A DNA stretch of 32,000 nucleotides, taken from an uncultured archaeon. Its GTDB lineage: Archaea > Asgardarchaeota > Thorarchaeia > Thorarchaeales > Thorarchaeaceae. The notes beneath the pieces were generated by a model. It searched no databases and was not told where the DNA came from. It saw only the letters and a list, made by a program, of their open reading frames with translations. A program made the position numbers and the translations under genes. The stretch covers positions 60,001-92,000 of the forward strand of contig CAZYLT010000010.1 of NCBI GenBank assembly GCA_964648855.1, read 5' to 3'. Below, in pieces: positions 27,360 through 32,000 of the stretch (its first letter is position 1; the number at the start of each line of letters is the position of its first letter).

Positions 27360-28745
27360 ATGGAGGACTTGGCAAACGCAGCGATTGCTGCAGCTCTAGA
27401 TGAGGGCGTCGAATTTGTTGATGTTCGTGTAGAAGACACTCAAACAACAATTATTGAAATCAGTGATGGCGTTACAAAACGGTCCATGGCCGCCCATCTG
27501 AAAGGTGCGGGAATACGAGCATTTGTTGATGGCTCATGGGGATTCAGCCAAACGACGGATTTGACTAGGGCTGGCATGAAGAAAGCTGGTGCATCTGTTG
27601 CAAAATTGGCACTTGCTACGCGAGAAAAAGTATCTGCTCATTTTGAAATAGACGGCCCCTCAAACAAGGCTAGATCTCCCATTTCAGTCAAGATTCCATT
27701 CTCAGATATCCACTTTGAGGACAAAATTGGGTTTGCTAAGTATATTGATGAACAGGCACAATCATACGATGATCGGATTGCTAACACACGGACAATATAT
27801 GGCGACCTCCAAACTGAGCTCTATATTGTAAATTCATTTGGAACCTCCGTATACACCGAAAACTCACTTCCAAGAATCATTTCGTCATTGACCGCAACAG
27901 ATGGAAAAAACCGAAGAAGGGCGTCCGAGTCAATTGGCATTAGAAGCGGATTTGAGTTCACAGAATCCGAAGAGGCCCAGTCCATAGGGTCTTCCACTGC
28001 AGAGCTTGTCATAGACTTGCTTTCTTCAAAAGCAGCACCTGGTGGAGTCTTCGATGTTGTCGTGGACCCCGTGCTTAATGGCGTGATGGTTCATGAGGCA
28101 TTTGGCCACGCCTGCGAGGCTGATAATTGGCCAGCACATACCACCGTACTTGAAGATAAGATTGGAAAAGAAGTAGGTCCTGAACAATTGAATATCACGG
28201 ACAATCCAAAATTGCGTGGCAAACGAGGGAGTTTTGATTTCGATTGGGAAGGAACCCCGACAAGAAAGAGGACTCTGGTCAAAGATGGTGTTCTAACAGA
28301 GTTGCTGCATGATTTAGAAACCAGCTCCAGGCTCGAAATGGACGTTAATGGTGCTGCTCGAGCACAATCGTTTATGCATCCTCCTGTCCCTCGAATGAGC
28401 AATACATACATGGAGCCCGGTGATTGGGACGTAGATGAACTTATAGCTGATACAGAATCTGGCATATTGCTTTGTAGATTCAATTATGGCTATACTGAAC
28501 CAGCAAAGGGTCAATTTATGTTTCAGGCAGGTCATGGATACATGATAGAGGGCGGCGAGCTTGGTCATATGGTGAGAGACGTATCTATTGCAGGTCATAT
28601 CTTAGATATTCTGGCAAAGGTTGATGCCATTGGATCTGATTTTGAATTAGACGCAGGAAACTGTGGAAAAGGCGGCCAGGTTGTACCTGATATGAGTGGA
28701 GGCCCACATGCACGAATTCGTAATGTCCCTGTTGGAGGGATGTGA
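27360..28745 (+). CDS. tldD: TldD metalloprotease
   Basis: GAGIRA, HEAFGH metal site, PRMSNTY, CGKGGQ..P...GGPH. Start moved to ATG 27360 because the longer ORF overlaps the opposite-strand gene. Confidence 0.93.
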   Translation: MEDLANAAIAAALDEGVEFVDVRVEDTQTTIIEISDGVTKRSMAAHLKGAGIRAFVDGSWGFSQTTDLTRAGMKKAGASVAKLALATREKVSAHFEIDGPSNKARSPISVKIPFSDIHFEDKIGFAKYIDEQAQSYDDRIANTRTIYGDLQTELYIVNSFGTSVYTENSLPRIISSLTATDGKNRRRASESIGIRSGFEFTESEEAQSIGSSTAELVIDLLSSKAAPGGVFDVVVDPVLNGVMVHEAFGHACEADNWPAHTTVLEDKIGKEVGPEQLNITDNPKLRGKRGSFDFDWEGTPTRKRTLVKDGVLTELLHDLETSSRLEMDVNGAARAQSFMHPPVPRMSNTYMEPGDWDVDELIADTESGILLCRFNYGYTEPAKGQFMFQAGHGYMIEGGELGHMVRDVSIAGHILDILAKVDAIGSDFELDAGNCGKGGQVVPDMSGGPHARIRNVPVGGM

Positions 28746-30092
28746 ATGAGTTATCTCTGTGATGTGGCAAACAGAGCTCTTCAAGCTGCTGAGAAAGAAG
28801 GCGCTCAACAGTCTGAGGCCTATGTGTCATCGACGAAATTGTTCCAAATCGAGGTAGAGAATTCGGCGGTAAAGGGTGCAGAACATAGCTTGGACCAGGG
28901 CTGCGGTGTTCGCTCAGTAATAGACAAGAGAATTGGTTTTGCATATGTGACTAATCTTGATAAACAACAAGTAGTTACTGTAGGAAAGAAATCTGCTGAA
29001 CTTGCAAAATGCTCAATTCCAGACCCAGATTTTGTTACGCTACCATCCGAACAAGAATCCTACCCAGAAATCGCAGGATTATTCGATTCGACTATGATGA
29101 AACTGGATGCTGAAGCGACAGCGGATTTATTGATTGCAGCTGTTGATTCGACGTTGAGCATTCTTGAGGGAAAAAATCCTGCTGTTGAAGGAAAAATATC
29201 CATTAGAGTCAATACAAGAGCTGTTGTGAATTCGCTGGGCATTGAGAGTAGTACTAAGAGTACGATTGCGTACTTGTATACATATCCGACAATAAAGGAA
29301 TCCGGTCAACAAACATCAGGATACGAATTCCAAGTAACCAGAAAGATGAAAGACCTCGATCCTCGCTGGGTTGGACAGGAGGCCGCCAAATCCGCGTTAG
29401 CCAATCTTGGTCCAAGCACAATAGATGGAGGTCAATTGCCAGTCATACTTACTCCTCTTGCTGTCAGTTCTATAATCGGTTTAGGATTTTCAGGTGCACT
29501 TGATGCAGAAGAAATCCAATATGGGCGATCCTATATCTCTGATGATATTGGCTCAATGGTTGGTTCTTCTGAGTTAACAATCACCGACGATGGAACCTTG
29601 GAATGTGGAATCGGTTCAAGGCCATTTGACGCAGAAGGCGTTCGTTCTCAAAAGACTCCTATCATGGAGAAGGGGGTTCTCAAGAGCTACCTTCACAACT
29701 CCTACACTGCGAACAAGGACCAAGTAGAAAACACAGCAAACGCAGCCCGCGCATCATATGCTGGGCTCCCAGCTATATCGGCATCAAACTTCACTGTAGC
29801 ACCAGGGCGTGGAACAGTTGAGGATTTCATCTCAGAAATTGACCGAGGAGTTCTCTGTCGTAACACGGCTGACCGCCCGAATATGACTACTGGCGAGCTA
29901 AGTGCAATGATCATGGATGGATTCTATGTTGAGAATGGAGAAATTCAACACCCTCTGAAGAACACCCTTGTTGGAATTAATATGTGCGACTTATTGAAGC
30001 GGATCTCTCTTGTTGGAGATGATAGTCGCACTACGTTTTCAATTACGAGTCCGAGTATTGTTTTAGAATCAGCAAGGATTACTTCCGGATAG
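28746..30092 (+). CDS. pmbA: TldE/PmbA partner subunit
   Basis: Directly abuts tldD; GVR...K.IGFA, SRPFDAEG, GVLKSYLH; no HExxH. Confidence 0.9.
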   Translation: MSYLCDVANRALQAAEKEGAQQSEAYVSSTKLFQIEVENSAVKGAEHSLDQGCGVRSVIDKRIGFAYVTNLDKQQVVTVGKKSAELAKCSIPDPDFVTLPSEQESYPEIAGLFDSTMMKLDAEATADLLIAAVDSTLSILEGKNPAVEGKISIRVNTRAVVNSLGIESSTKSTIAYLYTYPTIKESGQQTSGYEFQVTRKMKDLDPRWVGQEAAKSALANLGPSTIDGGQLPVILTPLAVSSIIGLGFSGALDAEEIQYGRSYISDDIGSMVGSSELTITDDGTLECGIGSRPFDAEGVRSQKTPIMEKGVLKSYLHNSYTANKDQVENTANAARASYAGLPAISASNFTVAPGRGTVEDFISEIDRGVLCRNTADRPNMTTGELSAMIMDGFYVENGEIQHPLKNTLVGINMCDLLKRISLVGDDSRTTFSITSPSIVLESARITSG

Positions 30093-30093
30093 A

Positions 30094-32000
30094 CTACATT
30101 CGCTCGATAATCGGTATTCCAAGCAAGCGAAGACAGTTGGTCATGGTGATTTTGAATGCCTTGACGAGATGGAGCCGAGCATGCTTCACGTCGCCATCCG
30201 CTTGTAGAACCGGACACGTGTCATAGAATTTACTGAACTGCGTGGCCAACTTGTAGCAGTATGAAGTCAGCCGACTGGTCTGGAAACTGGTCCCCCACGT
30301 ATGCTTCTTCAATCCGTCAACAACCTCTAGAACCTCATCTGCCAAACGGCTAAGTGATTTGACCAACTCAAATTCAGCCTCTTCGGACAACAATGAATAG
30401 TCTATATTCTGAGCTGTATTTGCGTCCTGCTTCTCAAGAATTCTCTGGGCTCTAGCTAAGGAATACTGCAAGTAGGGGGCTGCATCACCATTGAAATCTA
30501 AGGCTTCAGACCATCGAAACGTGATTTTCCTGTCGGGTGAGGCATTGAGTAGAAAATATCTGACTGCTCCTGCAGCTATTTTAGATGCGACGTCTTTGAA
30601 GAATTCCTCCTCCTCTTCGGGATTTCTCTTAACCACTTCCTCTCTGGCAAGAGTCTTTGCCTTTTCGATGACCTCGTCAGCAGAATAGCCAATCCACGTG
30701 CCTTTTCTTCCTGAGAGATCTTCATCTTCAAGACCCACAAACTCATAGGCCACATGATGTGAATTCTTAGCCTCTTCTTCGTGGCCTAGAAGCTCAAGAA
30801 TTGCATAAATGAGACGTTGGGGATGCGCTTGTGCTGCACCTATCACGTTGAAAACGGAGTCAAAGGTTCCAATATCTCTCTCTTCACCTTCTAAGGTAGT
30901 TCGATACACTCGTTTGCCATTTGGTTGCTTCTCAAATACCGAGTACCGGAAGGGATCGGACAGAATACCAAACTTCCACATTTGCAGTGCAACATCGGCT
31001 CCTGTATATGTTCTTGTACCATCTGATCGAAACAGTACCTTGAACGGGTCCTTCATATCTTTGAATTCGTCAAGGCTGTCCAATCGTGCCACAATGCATC
31101 CCTCTTTCTCACCGGATTCCATTACGAAAATGTTCTCAGTTTCGAGCATCAATTTCCTAGCTTGACTTAGTAATCCACTGTGGGAAATCGCGCTTTCCCA
31201 GACCTGGTAATCATGATATATTCCCAGTGCGTAGGCCGTCTGATTTTGTGCCTTCACGCATTTGGTCACCATCTCACTACTAACTTCTGAAGCCTTAGAG
31301 TTCAAATCCTCCAACTGGCGAGCAATCTCACGAACCTCTTGTTCCACGTTAGGATCTTCTTCAAAGGCCTCCTGGACATCCACATATTGTCTTCCTAAGT
31401 ACCAGTCGTATTTTTCCTCTATATCTGGGCTAGTTGAATGGAGAAGCTTCCATGTAAGCTGTGCAATTTGAAGACCAAGATCATTGATATAATCAATCCG
31501 GGTCACATCATGCCCAGTTGCACTGAGAATATTTCCTAATGTATCGCCCAGTACTGCATTTCTTGCATGACCAATATGCCAGGGTTTTGAGGGATTGACG
31601 GCAGGGAACTCGATCATGACTCGCCTATCGCTGAATTTCTGTGTAGTTCCATACTCTTCCTTCAGAGTCACGACAGATGGTAACACCATCTTTGAAAAAA
31701 TCTCTTTGTCCAAGAAGATATTGATATACGGGCCCTTCACTTCAACTCTTGAAATATAGCTACTCTCTGGTTTTTCTTTCCTCAATTCATCCGCGATATC
31801 ATTTGCTATATGAGCGGGGTTCTTCTTCTTACTCTTTGCAAGCTGGAACGCGATGGTACATGCCAAGTCGCCCATCTCTGAATCGGGTGGGATTTCAAAA
31901 TACTCCGAAATCTCCTCTCTGGAAACCTTGGCAGCTGCAGCAATTTCTCCTTCGATAGACTGAACCATCTCATCCCATGGATTTCTTGTATTCGTTTCAC
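30094..32000 (-). CDS. argS: Arginyl-tRNA synthetase (true start possibly beyond the window; ATG 31968 alternative)
   Basis: GPYINI, NPSKPWHIGHARN, NDLGLQ, RSDGT, SGRKG, PYLQYS.AR, FY..CPVL, C-terminal ERM. Frame stays open to the window edge. Confidence 0.95.
   Translation of the reverse strand, partial: ETNTRNPWDEMVQSIEGEIAAAAKVSREEISEYFEIPPDSEMGDLACTIAFQLAKSKKKNPAHIANDIADELRKEKPESSYISRVEVKGPYINIFLDKEIFSKMVLPSVVTLKEEYGTTQKFSDRRVMIEFPAVNPSKPWHIGHARNAVLGDTLGNILSATGHDVTRIDYINDLGLQIAQLTWKLLHSTSPDIEEKYDWYLGRQYVDVQEAFEEDPNVEQEVREIARQLEDLNSKASEVSSEMVTKCVKAQNQTAYALGIYHDYQVWESAISHSGLLSQARKLMLETENIFVMESGEKEGCIVARLDSLDEFKDMKDPFKVLFRSDGTRTYTGADVALQMWKFGILSDPFRYSVFEKQPNGKRVYRTTLEGEERDIGTFDSVFNVIGAAQAHPQRLIYAILELLGHEEEAKNSHHVAYEFVGLEDEDLSGRKGTWIGYSADEVIEKAKTLAREEVVKRNPEEEEEFFKDVASKIAAGAVRYFLLNASPDRKITFRWSEALDFNGDAAPYLQYSLARAQRILEKQDANTAQNIDYSLLSEEAEFELVKSLSRLADEVLEVVDGLKKHTWGTSFQTSRLTSYCYKLATQFSKFYDTCPVLQADGDVKHARLHLVKAFKITMTNCLRLLGIPIIERM

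Noticed and set aside
39-31958. Remaining short ORFs (60-135 aa) in the ORF track
   Set aside because: They overlap well-supported genes or their promoter gaps in other frames or strands and show no recognisable motifs.
1-32000. tRNA, rRNA, CRISPR arrays, IS elements
   Set aside because: Intergenic gaps are all under about 250 nt; I saw no cloverleaf, repeat-spacer array or transposase by eye (not a computed search).

Overview
A gene-dense 32 kb archaeal chromosomal segment, almost certainly from an Asgard archaeon (Thorarchaeia is only a guess). From left to right it holds: a nurA(partial)-herA-mre11-rad50 break-repair operon; a GT-C-like membrane protein; a GIFT (IFT52/GldG-like) coiled-coil protein; HIT and PPC/DUF296 proteins; a PolB1-type DNA polymerase with a 441-aa LAGLIDADG intein; two hypothetical proteins; three paralogous small membrane proteins around a class III aminotransferase; an orphan SPPY-type DNA methyltransferase; a possibly interrupted wHTH gene; a non-discriminating AspRS; a five-gene ESCRT locus; tldD-tldE; and argS (probably 5'-truncated by the window edge). 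The ESCRT locus (22078-27213) is the most striking part. Besides Vps25, Vps4 and one Vps2/24/46-type ESCRT-III, it encodes a protein that appears to fuse a Vps28-N hairpin to Vps22/36 winged helices. It also encodes a Zn-finger/coiled-coil/PH(GLUE-like) protein ending in a steadiness-box-like hairpin. Together these suggest a re-wired ESCRT-I/II module, with no ubiquitin or UEV gene in the window. All family assignments come from motifs recognised by eye; no searches were run.
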